From Isurus oxyrinchus (Eukaryota): a DNA stretch of 64,000 nt. Under the pieces are notes generated by a model. That model was not told where the DNA came from and made no database searches. It saw nothing but the letters and a program-made list of their open reading frames with translations. The stretch's first letter is position 1. Each line of letters starts with the position of its first letter. Below, piece by piece: positions 1-13,792 of the stretch. The DNA lies in assembly GCA_026770705.1 (NCBI GenBank), contig JANJGN010000029.1, positions 28,086,001-28,150,000 on the forward strand, given 5' to 3'. Made by a program: the position numbers and the translations under genes.

Positions 1-760
1 GTGGTCACCGCATGGATACGTGTCTGAGGCAGGTTCAGCTGAGCTCCCCAGCACTGCTGGGGAAGAGACACCTGTAAGGTCCACGTATGGTGACAAGCTT
101 CTTGATTTGGCCTTCCTCAACTCATCCAACTAAGAAGGCAGGAAAACATCATGCAGAGCTGTTGGAAGGCCTCAACAGAGCGGCATGCAAGTCAGAGGAG
201 TGCGTCCACCTGCTTTCTGATGAAGTGGTGCCCACATGTGAGCATATGGAGGTCTCCATGGGGAGGATGGCAGACACCATGGAGACCCCGGTCCTGCAGA
301 GATGGAGATGTGTGCAGCCCTGCACTCCATCATGGGAGCCATGAGTGAGTTCCTGCAGTGACAACTTGAGAGGGAAACGGGATATCTTGACATTCTGCCA
401 GATGCTCCTTCCTCTCAGGGGGTCAGGTTGGGGCCCCCGGCTACCTGAAGGGAGGAGGAGCAGTAGGATGACCCCTGGGTCATCCACTCAGGAATCTCAG
501 AGGCTATCCTCTCCCTCCGAGTCCCCTTAGCCTATGAGCCCCTCAACCTCATCCTCTGTCAAACAGAGGGCCCACAGGAGGACAGCCAAACCAAAGCTGC
601 TGCTCTCCAGAGGACCCAAGCCGAAGGCATCAGAGGCATCACGACCGACCATTGCACAGGCTGTCTCCACCCTTACTGCGGACGTCAGGGCAGAAAGTAG
701 AAGTTTAAGGCGTTCAAAGGTGAAGAAATTCTGATCAGGGTTGGTTGCATGGGTGAACAC
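1..760 (+). mobile_element. Probable Harbinger Myb/SANT-gene remnant
   Basis: GC-rich decayed coding-like sequence resembling 47700-48400; no diagnostic motif intact. Confidence 0.35.
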
Positions 761-1449
761 ATTTTGTCACTTTACAGTGTGGAAGTATATTCACTTTCAT
801 TGAATAACGTGTAATGGTGTCTTTCAGCTTCATTGACAGGCTTTGCGAGTCCTCCCACTGCATTCCCCACTTACCACTAGCAGTTCAGTTATATGCAGTA
901 GGCCCATAAGCAATTCTGGAGGGAGGAGTGTGTGTATGTGTGGCAAGGCCTTTTGGAGCCTTGTGCAAGCATTCTCCCACACGTGGATCTTTCTCATATC
1001 ACACTCACCTCAATGCCCTGAGCATGTTCAATGCTGTTAGCTGGCATCCACTTTCAGTTGACCACCTGAGCTGACCTGTATCTCTGCCCATCAACTGATC
1101 ACATTCCCACGCAGCACCTGATCTCACCCAGCACGACTCTCATTTCACTTTCAATTTAGCCAACGTGGTAGCAATACAGTTTTTCTTTCGCTCCCCTGTC
1201 CTTTACCCTCCCCCAATCACCTGTTTCCTCTCCCCCAATCACTGTTGACCTCCTGGCATCACCTTCCACCTCCCCTCTGTGACCTACCAGCCACAACCCT
1301 TTTCATTTGGGATGCCCAGGTGAATGTGCACGTTCCCTTCCTTCCCAAAAACCCCAACACCATCCACATTAACCTCCCTGACAGCCTCCTTCCCACCCCC
1401 AGGGTCCGCATCTGCCTCTGAGTGCCCACCAACTACCCTCTCTGTCCCT

Positions 1450-4400
1450 CTACTGATATCGTCGAACCCTCATAGTGAGGCGGATTAACACTTTTCTCTG
1501 CAGCAAAGAGCGAGAGTCCAGAAGGCTAAGTTGCCTGCCCGGTGCAAGGATTCGGGATATCTGCTCAGGGCTGGAGAGGAACTTGCAGTGGGAGAGGGAG
1601 GATTCAGTTGTCATGGTCCATATAGGTACCAATGACATAGGCAGAGCTAAGAAAGAGGTTCTGCAAAGCCAGTATGGGACACTGGCATCAGTGGGGAAAA
1701 TGAATCTTAACACAGTTTACACCTGAACCATGCTGGGATGAGTGTCCACGCAAATTGCATTACTAGGGAAATAGAGAAGGCTTTAAACTAAACAAGAGGG
1801 GTGAGGGATCAAGCTTGGGTAGAGGTAGCAATTCAAGGCGTAGAGTCAAGACAGGAGAGCAAGATAGCAATATGAGGGTCAGAGAATGGTAGGAAGGGAC
1901 AGAGAGAAAAAACCTATGAGTACATCAACAGTCAAGACTAGATGTTACTAAGGTAGCAAAAAGACAAAACTAAAGGCTTTCTATCTGAATGCATGTATCA
2001 TTCATAACAAAGTAAATGAATTGAAGTAAATAGATATGACCTGATAGCAATTATGGAGACGTGGCTGCAGGACGACAAAGACTGGGTCCTTAATATTGAG
2101 GGATACATGACATTCAAGAAGAATAGGAAGCTTGGTAAAGGTGGAGGGGTGGCACTGTTAATCAAAGAGGGCATTGGTGCAATAATTAGAGATGACCTTG
2201 ATTCAGGAGATCAGGAAGTAGAATCAGTTTGGGTAGAGATGAGGAATAGTAGGGGAAAAAAGTCATTAGAGGGAGTAGTCTGTAAGCCCCCTAACAGTAG
2301 TCACAGTGTAGGACAAAGTATTCAAGAGAAAATATTGCGTGCTTGTGATAAAAGGACGGCAATAATCATGGGTGATTTTACACATAAACTGGAAAAATCA
2401 GATTGGCAGTAGTAACCTGATGAAGAGTTCTTAGAGTGCTTTTGAGATAGTTTCTTAGAGCAGCATGTTCTGGAACCAACCAGAGAGCAGGTTATATTAG
2501 ACTTGGTATTGTGTCACAATGCAGGATTAATTAATGACCTCAGAGTAAAGGCACCGCTAGGTAGCAGCGATCACAATATGATTGAATTTTACATCCAGTT
2601 TGAAAGGGAGAAGAGTAGGTCTAAGGCAAGTATCTTAAATTTAAATAAGGGCAACTGTGTGGAGATGAAAGCTGAGCTAGCTGAAATGAACTGGGGAACT
2701 AGGCTAGAGGATAGATCAATAAAGAAGCAGTGGCAGACATTTAAGGGCATATCTCAGAGTATTCAGAATAAGTACATTTCTAATAAAGAAAAGTTCTAAG
2801 GGGAGGACCCATCACCTGTGGTTAACTAAAGAAGTTAAGGAAAGCATCAAACATAAGGAAAAAGCATAAAACTCCCCAAAGATGAGTGGGAAGACAGATG
2901 ATTGCACAGAATATAAAGAATGGCAGAGAATGGCTAAAAGATTAATCAGGAGAAAGAAATTAGAATAAGAGAAGAAGCTAGCTAGAAATCTAAAAACTGA
3001 TAGCAAGAGTTTCTACAGATACTTAAAAAGGAAAAGAGTAAGTAAAGTGACTGTTGATCCTCTACGGAATGACAGTGGGGAGTTAATAGTAGATAATAAG
3101 GAAATAGTGGAAGAAATGAACAAATATTTTGCTTCTGAGTTCACTATAGAGGATAAAAAAAATCCCAGTAATAGCTGTAAATCAGGAGGTGAACGGGAGA
3201 AAGGAACTTGGTGAAATTGAAATCATTTTGGGAAATGGTACTGAGCAAATTGATGGAGCTGAGGGTTGGCACACCTCTGGGTCCTAATGAACTACATCCT
3301 AGGGTCATAAAGAGATGGCTAATGAAGTAGTTGGTGCGTTGGTGTAAATTTTCCAAAATCCATTAGATTCTAGAATGGTTCCATCAGATTGGAAAGTAGC
3401 AAATATAACCCCTCTATTCAAGAAGGCAGGGAGGCAGGAAACAGAAAATTATAGCCTAGTTAGGTTGTGGAGAAGTTATTAGAATCGATCATTAAGGAGG
3501 CTATAGCTGGGCACTTAGAAGAGCTCAAGGCATTCAGGGAGAGTCAGCATGGTTTTGTGAAAGGAAAGTCATGTTTAACCAACTTATTGGAGTTTTTTTA
3601 AAGGAGTAACATGCGCAGTGGGTAAAGGTGAGCCTGTAGACATACTGTACTTGGATTTCGAGAAGGTGCCACATCAAAGATCATTACAGAAAATAAAAGT
3701 GCACGGTGTAGTGGGTAACATATTAACATGGATAGAAGATTGACTGGCTGGCAGAAAGCAGGGAGTATGCATAAATAGATCTTTTTCTGATTGGCAGGAT
3801 GTGACGAGTGGAGCCCCACAGGGGTCTGTACTTGGGCCTCAACTTTTTATGATTCATATCAATGACTTAGATGAGGAGAGTGAGGACATGGTAGCTAAAT
3901 TTGCAGATGACACTAGGATAGGTAGGAAAGTATATTGTGAAGAAGACATGAGGAGGTTGCAGATGGATATCGATAGGTTGAGTGAGTGGGCAAAGATCTG
4001 GCAAATGGAATTTAATGTGGGAAAATGTGAAGTTGTTCACCTTGGCAGGAAGAACAAAAAAACAGATTGTTACTTAAATGGAGAACGGCTGCATAATTCT
4101 CAGGTGCAGAGGGATCTAGGTGTTCTAGTACATGAGCCACAAAAAGTTAGTATGCATTCAAAGGAGGTTTACCAGATTGATACCTGGAATGAATGGGTTG
4201 TCTTATGAGGAAAGGTTTGATAGATTAGTCTTGATTCCACTGGAGTTTAGAAGAGTGAGGGGTGATTTGATTGAAGGATACAAGATCCTGAATGACCTTG
4301 ACAAGGTAAACGTCAAAAGGATGTTTCCTCTTGTGAGTGAGTTCAGAACTAGGGGGCATTGTTTTAAAATTAAGCGTCGCCCTTTTAGGACAGAGATGAG

Positions 4401-4655
4401 GAGAATTTATTTTCTCTCAGACGGTTGTGTGACTTTGGAACTCTCTGCCTGAGAAGGTGGTGAAGGCGGGTTCATTGAATATTTTAAGGCAGAGGTAGAT
4501 AGATTCTTGTTAAGCAAGGGAATCAAAGGTTATCAGAGTTAGATGGGAATGTGGAAATTGAAACACAAGGAGATCAGCCATGATCTTACTGAATGGTGGA
4601 GCAGGCTCGAGGGGCCGAATGGTCTATTCCTTTTTCTATTTCTTTTGTTCTTACG
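1450..4655 (+). mobile_element. Degenerate near full-length CR1/HER1-type LINE
   Basis: ORF1 SGNH esterase (CLPGARI, HIGTND), APE endonuclease (ETWL, GDF, SDH), RT (PQGSVLGP, FADD) and 3' tail; many stops. Confidence 0.9.
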
Positions 4656-5320
4656 TCCTCACCCTCCCACCTTACCACTTCACTCTGCACTCAGTCATTT
4701 TCACCATTCCCTCACACTACACCACACCACACCCACCCTCAGTTCACTCCCCAGGAGGCAGTCATCAGAGCCCTCCCTTGCACGTTCACCTGGACATCCC
4801 ACACCCTGGAGTCTTTCCCTTACACCTTCCACCTCCCCAGTTGCTGCCTTCTCCCCTGTTACCCCCAACCTCTCTTGTAGTCCCCCCCCCCCACAGCTTC
4901 CCCTGACACCTTCGATCCTCCCCAACTCCTTCGTTCCCTCCTCCCAACCGTACCTCCTTGACACCTTTGTTCCCCCCTCCCAACTTCACTACCACCCCCC
5001 GAACTGACACCTCTTCCTCTCCCAGTTGACCCTATATCTTCAACTCCCCTCTCCCACCCCCCGGTACATCTTCCTCTCCCAAACACAGCTGGATCTTCCT
5101 CTCCACCCCCTCGACCATCACCCATTGTGAGCAGACCCTCAATGGTGACTTTCCACCTTCTGTGAGCTGCTTCATGATGGAACCATTTCTATGAGAATCC
5201 ACCCAGCATTCCGTGGACATTCCCCTAGGTTCCCATTGCTGTCAGCATCTTCTGCTCCTTGATGTCCACAATGTGAGCAAGGCCCTGACAGTAAGTTCCC
5301 ACTTCTGCATATCGCAGTTA

Positions 5321-6669
5321 TGTTATGATCCCCAGCTGAGATTACCACTGGACAAGCCTGATTCCAGGGTGAAACCCAGCTTGATAGATCTTAACTTTTA
5401 TTTGTTTGTTTTGGCACATGGAGAGTGGCTACTGAACAGTCACCAGAGTCAGCTCATGAACTTTTAACAAAAGCATAAAACATTTATTAAGCAAGAAAAG
5501 GTGAACCAGATTACACTATTCCCTTACCCACAACTATACCTTTGAAGATATGTACTAATTTGTAAGGATAACACAAGTTATGAAAGCTATTTTATACTCT
5601 AATGTTCATAGAGTACACAGTCCATGTAAACTAATAAGCACCTTGTGGTCAGACACACTGCACTCTGAAACCAAGTGACAGATGCCACCTCAACCAGATG
5701 CTATGGATGTCTCACCAACTACCTCCCCAGACTCTTGTCACACCATGAGCCAACCAGTCTCACTGAACTTTGTCTTTTGCATGAGGGTTCCCAATCTCCA
5801 CTCTCCAAGAAATTGCCTTGGAATCTTCTCCCAAACCAATGCTTTCTCTAAGACGCCTTCCACAAGGGCTCACCTCCAGGGTTTTGGACTCTCATTCTGA
5901 TGTTCCTCTCCCCTGGGTCACCACATAAATTCAAGTTTTCCTCCATGCATCCTCTCTCACTGACTCAGCTGTCAACAATACACAACTGCTTCACATGGCC
6001 ATAGCAAAGGGTTACAGACCTTCAGTTACCTCTTTGGACCTTCTGACTTCTCACAAGCCTTTGTATCGCTTTGACTCTACTTCCTGTGGCTTGAAGCTTG
6101 GAGCCTTTCTCTGCCCATCACTCTCAACTTCAATTAACAGGACCTTTTTCAGGCTCCTGCCCTTCCTTTGACTAGAAGGTCTGTTTGGGACTTTTCCCTG
6201 TTCCACTCCCCCGGATTGTTGAGGACTTTCTTCTTTAACTTGGGACTTGCTATCTGTCCCCTTTGCTCCAGTCTCTCTCTGGCAGCTACTTTCACCCAAC
6301 TTTAGCTTGGCATTGGCTATCTGCCCCTTCTAGGCTGCTTCTGCCTGGCGGCTGTCTTCAAAACTGAACTCAAAAACTGCTGTTTCTAATTTGTTCTCTG
6401 TGCCTGTGGGAAGGACCTGTCTTTCTGGACCCCTGGTGCTAGGCAACAGCCCAGTTTTTCTAGTCTTGTGTTTGCTTAACTTTCCTAACAGTTGTAAACT
6501 CTCATTAGAAATGCAGGCATGTTTTAAAGTGAAACTAAAACTCAACTTGACTTTTTCTTAACACACAGATACAGAAATACAAATCAAACTTAAACATTAA
6601 AGCTGAAACTCATTCCTAACACCCACAAATACCGATATGACTAGCTTAAGCTATCTCTATTTCGTAACA
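5321..6669 (-). mobile_element. Probable solo LTR
   Basis: Termini TGTTATGA...TCGTAACA, non-coding; no clean TSD. Confidence 0.5.
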
Positions 6670-6954
6670 CTTGTCAAGATATGTTCTGCACTGGCATGTT
6701 TTCCTGCCAACACAGGCAGATGATGCAGCGTGGAGGGATGATTCCGATGGGCTGGCCTTATAATGATATACAGATGTATTACAATGAGGTTCCCGACATC
6801 CGATGGCAGGAAACCCAGCCCGCCATTGATGGGCTGAATGGACCATCACAAAGCGGTTTCACGACATCATGAAACCAATTTTGGCCTTCTGGCCATATTG
6901 TCCGCTCATGCCACCAAACGTGCCCGATGCCAGCGGGCACTGAAAATTCCGCAC

Positions 6955-9372
6955 AATATCAAATTGAAAGAAAAAGGGTACAATTCCGCAAAGCTGAATG
7001 GCAGGTCAGAGGATTGGACAGAGTATAAAGTACAGCAAAGAATGACTAAAGGATTAATAAGGTGGGAGAAATTGGAGTATGAGAGAAAGCTAGCTAGAAA
7101 TATAATAACAGATAGTAAGAGTTTCCATAGATATTTTAAAAGGATAAGAGTAAGTAAAGTGAGAATTTGTCCTCTGGAGATTGACAATGAGGAATTAGTA
7201 ATGGAAGATAAGGAAATGGCAGATGAAATGAGCAGATATTTTGCTTTTGTCTTCACTGTAGAGGATATAAATAGCATCCCAGAAATAATTGTGAATCAGG
7301 AGGTGAAAGGGAGGGAGTAACTTAAAACAATTGCAAACACCAGGAAAAGTGTACTGAGAAAATTATTAGAACTAAAAGCTGACAAATCCCCAGGTCCTGA
7401 TGGACTTCATCCTGGGCTCTTAAAAGAACTGGCTGCTGAGTAAGTAGATGCATTGGTTTTAACCTTCCAAAATTCCCTAGATTCTAGAAAGGTCCCATCA
7501 GACTGGAAATAGCAAATGTGATTCCTCAATTCAAGAAAGAAAGAAGATAGAAAGCAGGAAACTACAGACCAGTTAGCTTAACATCTTTCATAGGAAAATT
7601 GCTGCAATCTATCGTTAAGGAGGCTGTAATGGGGCACTTAGAAAATCTCAATGAAAGTAGGCAGGGTTAACATGGTTTTGTGAAAGGGAAATCGTGTTTG
7701 ACTAATTTATTGCAGTTCTTTGAGGAAGTAATATGCATCCGCAGGTAGATGTGCTGTACTTAGATTTCCAGAAGGCATTTGACAAGATGCCACATCAAAT
7801 ACGACACATACAATACAAAATAAGAGCTCATGGTGAAGGGGGCAACATATTATCATGGATAGATTATTGATTAGCTAACAGGAAGCAGAGAATATGCATA
7901 AATAGATCATTTTCGGGTTGCAGGATGTGACGAGTGGAGTCCCAAAAGGGTCTGGTCTGGGGCTTCAACTATTTACAACCTATATTAATGACTTGAATGA
8001 AGGGACTGAATAAATGGTTGCTAAATTTGCTGATGACACAAAGATAGATAGGAAAGTACGTTGTGAAGAAGACATCAGAAGTCTGCAAAGGGACATAAGT
8101 TAAGTGAATGGGCAAAAATTTGCCAGATGGAGTATAATGTGGGAAAACGTGAACTTGTCCACTTTGACAGGAAGAATTGAAAAGCAGCATATTATTTAAA
8201 TGGAGAGAGATTGCAGAACTCTGAGGTACAGGGGGATCTAGGTGTCCTGGTACTTGAATCAGGAAATGTTAGTATGCAGGTACAGCAAGTGATTAATAAG
8301 GCAAATGGAATATTATCATTTATCGCAAGGGGAATGGAATATAAAAATAGGGATTTATGACTCGCCAGAACACTCATCCCAGCACGGTTCAGGTGAAGAC
8401 CACTCCAACAGTACAGCTCCCACTTTCCCCAGTACAGGTGCCTGTGGTCCATGAATCGAAACCCATTTCTCCCATACCAATCTTTAAGCCACACATTTAT
8501 CTTTCTGATCTGATTTACCTTACACCAATTTTCTTGTGGCTCAGGAAATAATTCAGAGAATCTGCTTTTTAATTTAGCCTCTGTTGCTCATACTCGCTCA
8601 GCAGAACCTGTTTCCTAGTTCTACCTATGTTATTGGCAGCTACATGGACCACAACGACTGGTTCCTCCCCTCCCACTGCAAGTTCCTCTACAGCCCAGAG
8701 CAGATGTCCCAAACCCTGACACCAGGCAGGCAACACAGCCCTCTGGACTCCAGCAGAGAACTGTGTCTACTTCCCTGTCTATGCTGCTACAGTTGAACAG
8801 GGCATTGGTGAGACCATATCTCGAGCGCTATGCATAGTTTTGGTCTCCTTATTTAAAAAAGGATATAAATGCATTGGAAGTAGATCAGAAAAGGCTCACT
8901 CGACTGATACCTGGGAAGGGAGAAGGTTACCTTATGAAAAAAAGGTTGGACAGGCTGGGCCTGTGTCCATTGGAGTTTAGAAGAATGAGAGGTGACCTTT
9001 TTGAACATATTAAATCCTGAGGGGACTTGACAGGATGGATGCTGAATGGATGTTTCCCATTGTGGGAGATACTAGAACTAGGGGACTGGGTTTAAAAATA
9101 AGGGGCCTCCCATTTAAGACAGAGAGGAGAAAAATTGATTTCTTTCCGAGGATTGTGAATCTTTGGAGCTCTCTTCCCCAGAGAGTGGTGGAGACAGGGT
9201 CAATGAATATTAGGCAGAGGTAGATAGATCCTTGACTAGCAAAGGAATCAAAGGTTATCAGGAGTAGGCGGAATGTGGAGTTAAGGCCACAATCAGATTA
9301 GCCATAACCTTATTGAATGTCCAAACAGGCTCAAGGGGCCAAATGGCCTATTCCTGCTCCTAATTCATATGT
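6955..9372 (+). mobile_element. CR1/HER1-type LINE ORF2 remnant with an inverted ORF1 fragment at ~8357-8780
   Basis: Homologous to 2850-4655; the minus-strand insert encodes esterase motifs (WLKDW..GFRF..GLHLN). Confidence 0.85.
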
Positions 9373-9384
9373 ACATATGCTCAT

Positions 9385-10447
9385 AGCTGAGGAATTAAAT
9401 GAAAACTTTGCCAAGTCTTTACCAAGGATAAAGATGCTATCCAGGCCATGGTGAGGGAGGTGGTAATTCAGACACCAGAAGGGTTAAAACTTGATAAGGA
9501 GGATTGGATAAGCTGTTTGTACTTAAAGTTAATAAGGCACCAGGATCAGAAGCGATGAGTTCAAGGATACTGAGGGAAGTGAGAGTGGAAATTGCGAAGG
9601 CACTGGCTGTAATTTTTTAGTTTTCATTAGACTCAGGGGTGATGCCAGAGGACTGGAGAATTATAAACATTACACCCTTGTTCAAAATAGGGTGTAAAGG
9701 TAAGCTCAGTAACTACAGACCAGTCAGTTTAACTTCTAGAAACAATAATTCAGGGCAAAATTAATAGCCACATGGACAAATGCGGATTAAATAAGGAAAG
9801 CCAACATGAATTTCTTAAGGGAAAATCTTGTTTAACTAACTTGCTGGAGTTTTTTGAAGAGGTAACAAAGAGGGTTGATGAGGGCAATGCTGTTGATGTA
9901 GTGTACATGGACTTCCAAAAGGCATTTGATACAGTGTCGCACAACAGACTTGTGAGCTCATGGAATAAAAGGGGCAGTAGCAACAGGGACATAAAGTTGG
10001 CTGAGTAACAGGAAACAGAGAGAAGCAGTGAATGGATGTTTTCTGGGTGGAGGAAAGTTTGTAGTGGAGTTCCCTGGGGTCAGAGTTGGGACTCTTGCTT
10101 TTCCTGATATGTATTAATGACCTATACCTTGGTTACAGGGCACAATTTCAAAATTTTCAGATGACACGAAACTTGGAATCATTGTGAACTGTGACGAGGA
10201 TAGTGCAGAACTTCAAAAAGAGATAGACAAGTTGTTGGAATGGGTGGAAAGGTGGTAGATGAAGTTCAATGCAGAGAAATGTGAAATGATTTATTTTGGC
10301 AGGAAGAACATGGAAAGACAATACAAAATAAAGGGTACAAATCAGACAGGCTTCAGGAGCACAGGGACCTGGGTGTGTATGTGCATAAGCTTTTGAAGGT
10401 GGCAGAACAGGTTGAGGGAGCAGTCAATAAAGCATACAATATTCTAG
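9385..10447 (+). mobile_element. CR1-type LINE, 5' part (interrupted by Penelope)
   Basis: KSCLTNLLEFFEEVT...DFQKAFD; continues at 16618. Confidence 0.88.
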
Positions 10448-10484
10448 TTGACGTTTCAAGTCCTCATGACCCTTCAACAGAACT
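10446..10484 (-). ncRNA. Minimal type I hammerhead ribozyme (Penelope-associated), CpG-decayed copy
   Basis: AGTT-CTGTTGA-A-GGGTC-ATGAG-GACTT-GAAAC-GTC^AACT; the last 2 nt are supplied by the TSD. Confidence 0.6.
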
Positions 10485-10872
10485 TGATTTCGAGTCCAAG
10501 AAAGAGTTGAAATATAAGCTGGTTTAAGGTGTGTGTGTGGGGGGCGGAGAGAGAGAGAGAGAGAGAGATGGTTGTGTAGACAAACAAGCAGTGATAGAAG
10601 CAGATCATCAAAAGATGTCAGCGACAATGGTACAATAGAACACATAGGTGTTAAAGTTAAAGTTGGTGATATTATCTAAACGAATGTGCTAATTAAGAAT
10701 GGATGGTAGGGCACTCAAGGTACAGCTCTAGTGGGGGTGGGGGGAGCATAAAAGATTTTAAAATATTTAAAAATAATGGAAATAGGTGGGAAAAGAAAAA
10801 TCTATATAATTTATAGGGGAAAAAAAAGGAAAAAGGGGGAAACAGAAAGGGGGTGGGGATGGGGGAGGGAGC

Positions 10873-13617
10873 TCACGACCTAAAGTTGTTGAATTCAATA
10901 TTCAGACCGGAAGGCTGTAAGGTGCCTAGTCGGAAGATGAGGTGTTGTTCCTCCAGTTTGCGTTGGGCTTCACTGGAACAATGCAGTAAGCCAAGGACAG
11001 ACATGTGGGCAAGAGAGCAGGGTGGAGTGTTAAAATGGCAAGTGACAGGGAGGTTTGGGTCATTCTTGCGGTCAGACCGCAGGTGTTCTGCAAAGCGGTC
11101 GCCCAGTTTACGTTTGGTCTCTCCAATGTAGAGGAGACCACATTGGGAGCAACGAATGCAGTAGACTAAGTTGGGGGAAATGCAAGTGAAATGCTGCTTC
11201 ACTTGAAAGGAGTGTTTGGGCCCTTGGACGGTGAGGAGAGAGGAAGTGAAGGGGCAGGTGTTACATCTTTTGCGTGGGCATGAGGTGGTGCCATAGGAGG
11301 GGGTTGAGGAGTAGGGGGTGATGGAGGAGTGGACCAGGGTGTCCCGGAGGGAGCGATCCCTACGGAATGCCAATAAGGGGGGTGAAGGGAAGATGTGTTT
11401 GGTGGTGGCATCATGCTGGAGTTGGCGGAAATGGCGGAGGATGATCCTTTGAATGCGGAGGCTGGTGGGGTGATAAGTGAGGACAAGGGGGACCCTATCA
11501 TGTTTCTGGGAGGGAGGAGAAGGCGTGAGGGCAGATGCGCGGGAGATGGGCCGGACACGGTTGAGGGCCCTGTCAACGACCGTGGGTGGAAAACCTCGGT
11601 TAAGGAAGAAGGAGGACATGTCAGAGGAACCGTTTTTGAAGGTAGCATCATCGGAACAGATGCGACGAAGGCGAAGGAACTGGGAGAATGGGATGGAGTC
11701 CTTACAGGAAGCGGGGTGTGAGGAGCTGTAGTCGAGGTAGCTGTGGGAGTCGGTGGGTTTGTAATGGATATTGGTGGACAGTCTATCACCAGAGATTGAG
11801 ACAGAGAGGTCAAGGAAGGGAAGGGAAGTGTCAGAGATGGACCACGTGAAAATGATGGAGGGGTGGAGATTGGAAGCAAAATTAATAAATTTTTACAAGT
11901 CCCGACGAGAGCATGAAGCAGCACCGAAGTAATCATCGATGTACCGGAGAAAAAGTTGTGGAAGGGGGCCGGAGTAGGACTGCAACAAGGAATGTTCCAC
12001 ATACCCCATAAAGAGACAGGCATAGCTGGGGCCCATGCGGGTACCCATAGCCACACCTTTTATTTGGAGAAAGTGAGAGGAGTTGAAGGAGAAATTGTTC
12101 AACGTGAGAACAAGTTCAGCCAGACGGAGGAGAGTAGTGGTGGATGGGGATTGTTCGGGCCTCTGTTCGAGGAAGAAGCTAAGGGCCCTCAGACCATCCT
12201 GGTGGGGGATGGAGGTGTAGAGGGATTGGACGTCCATGGTGAAGAGGAAGCGGTTGGAGCCAGGGAACTGGAAATTGTTGATGTGACGTAAGGTGTCAGA
12301 GGAATCACGGATGTAGGTGGGAAGGGACTGGACAAGGGGAGAGAGAAGGGAGTCAAGATAACGAGAAATGAGTTCTGTGGGGCAGGAGCAAGCTGAGACG
12401 ATCGGTCTACCGGGGCAGTTCTGTTTGTGGATTTTGGGTAGGAGATAGAAGCGGGCCGTCCGAGGTTGGGCGACTATCAGGTTGGAAGCTGTGGGAGGGA
12501 GATCCCCAGAGGAGATGTGGTCAGTGACAGTCCTGGAAACAATGGCTTGATGTTCAGTGGTGGGGTCATGGTCCAGGGAGAGGTAGGAGGAAGTGTCTGC
12601 GAGTTGACGCTCAGCCTCCACGAGGTAGAGGTCAGTGCGCCAGACAACAACAGCACCGCCCTTGTCAGCGGGTTTGATGACAATGTCAGGGTTGGACCTG
12701 AGAGAACAGAGTGCAGTAAGTTCAGAGAGAGACAGATTAGAATGGGTGAGAGGAGCAGAGAAATTGAGACGACTACTGTTCTCAATGAACAGATCAAGAG
12801 AAGGTAAGAATCCAGAGGGAGGGGTCCAGGTGGAGGGAGAATATTGGAGATGGGTAAAAGGATCCGTTGAACGGGGAGAGGACTCCTGCCCGAAGAAGTG
12901 AGCCCGGAGATGAAGACAGCGGAAGAAGAGTTCAGCATCGTGCCGAGCCTGAAATTCATTGAGGTGAGGGCGTAAGGGTATGAAACTAAGTCCTTTGCTG
13001 AGCACTGAACGTTCAGCATTGGAGAGGGGAAGGTCAGGGGGTATAGTGAATACACGGCTGGGGTTGGGATTGGAAGAAAGGGTGGGGATGGAGGGACAGG
13101 CAGGGGTGGAGGGTCCTAGATGGGTGTTGGTGTCGATGAGTTGTTGGAGCTTGCGTTCCTTAGCAGTTGAGAGAAAGAGAAAAAGTTTCTTGTTGAGGCG
13201 TCGGATGAGCCGAAGGATAAAATGAAACTGGGGGCACGCGCAGCTTTGAAAAAGGGTACGGCGGTGCTGCTGGAGGGAGAGGTCAAGTGTGTTCATATGG
13301 CGGCGCATGGCACTGAGTGTGGATTTCAGAATGTGACGGGAACAGCAGTCTGAGAAACGTTTTATGTCCCGGAGATACCGGTAATCCTGGGTGGGTTCGA
13401 AAGATGAGGGGTGGAATTTCAGTTGAAATCCACGTGGGGTAAGTCGGAGACGGAGACAGTCACTGAGAAAGGAGATATGGCTGTGAAAGCGGGTTTTAGT
13501 ATACACCTTGTCAAACACCAGGAGGGAAATGGAAAGCAAAGAAGGTGAACAAGGCAACAGAGAGATACGGAAATCTTGTCGCAGAGAGGAACAGAACTTC
13601 TTCAAGGAGGTAGGCAT
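10873..13617 (-). pseudogene. Penelope-like RT + GIY-YIG endonuclease ORF with a single premature stop
   Basis: ORFs 11893-13641 and 10873-11619 share a frame. Motifs KPADKG, LPKIHK...GRPI, DVQSLYT, GVAMG, RYIDD and VYCIRC...YIGET.R...R..EH. TAA at 11893-11895; first ATG at 13617. Confidence 0.93.
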
Positions 13618-13753
13618 TTCTTGAAGAGCAGTGGCAGTCAATTAAACACAGAGATAAAAACAAAACAAAACTGCGGATGCTGGAAATCCAAAACAAAAAC
13701 AGAATTACCTGGAAAAACTCAGCAGATCTGGCAGCATCGGCGGAGAAGAAAAG

Positions 13754-13792
13754 AGTTGACGTTTCGAGTCCTCATGACCCTTCGACAGAACT
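13754..13792 (-). ncRNA. Minimal type I hammerhead ribozyme (variant core CUGUCGA)
   Basis: Stem I AGTT/AACT, core CTGTCGA, stem II GGGTC/GACTC, GAAAC-GTC with palindromic ACGT in place of a stem III loop. Confidence 0.7.

Noticed and set aside
4660-5130. Pro/Gly-rich ORFs on both strands
   Set aside because: They arise from C/T-rich low-complexity sequence.
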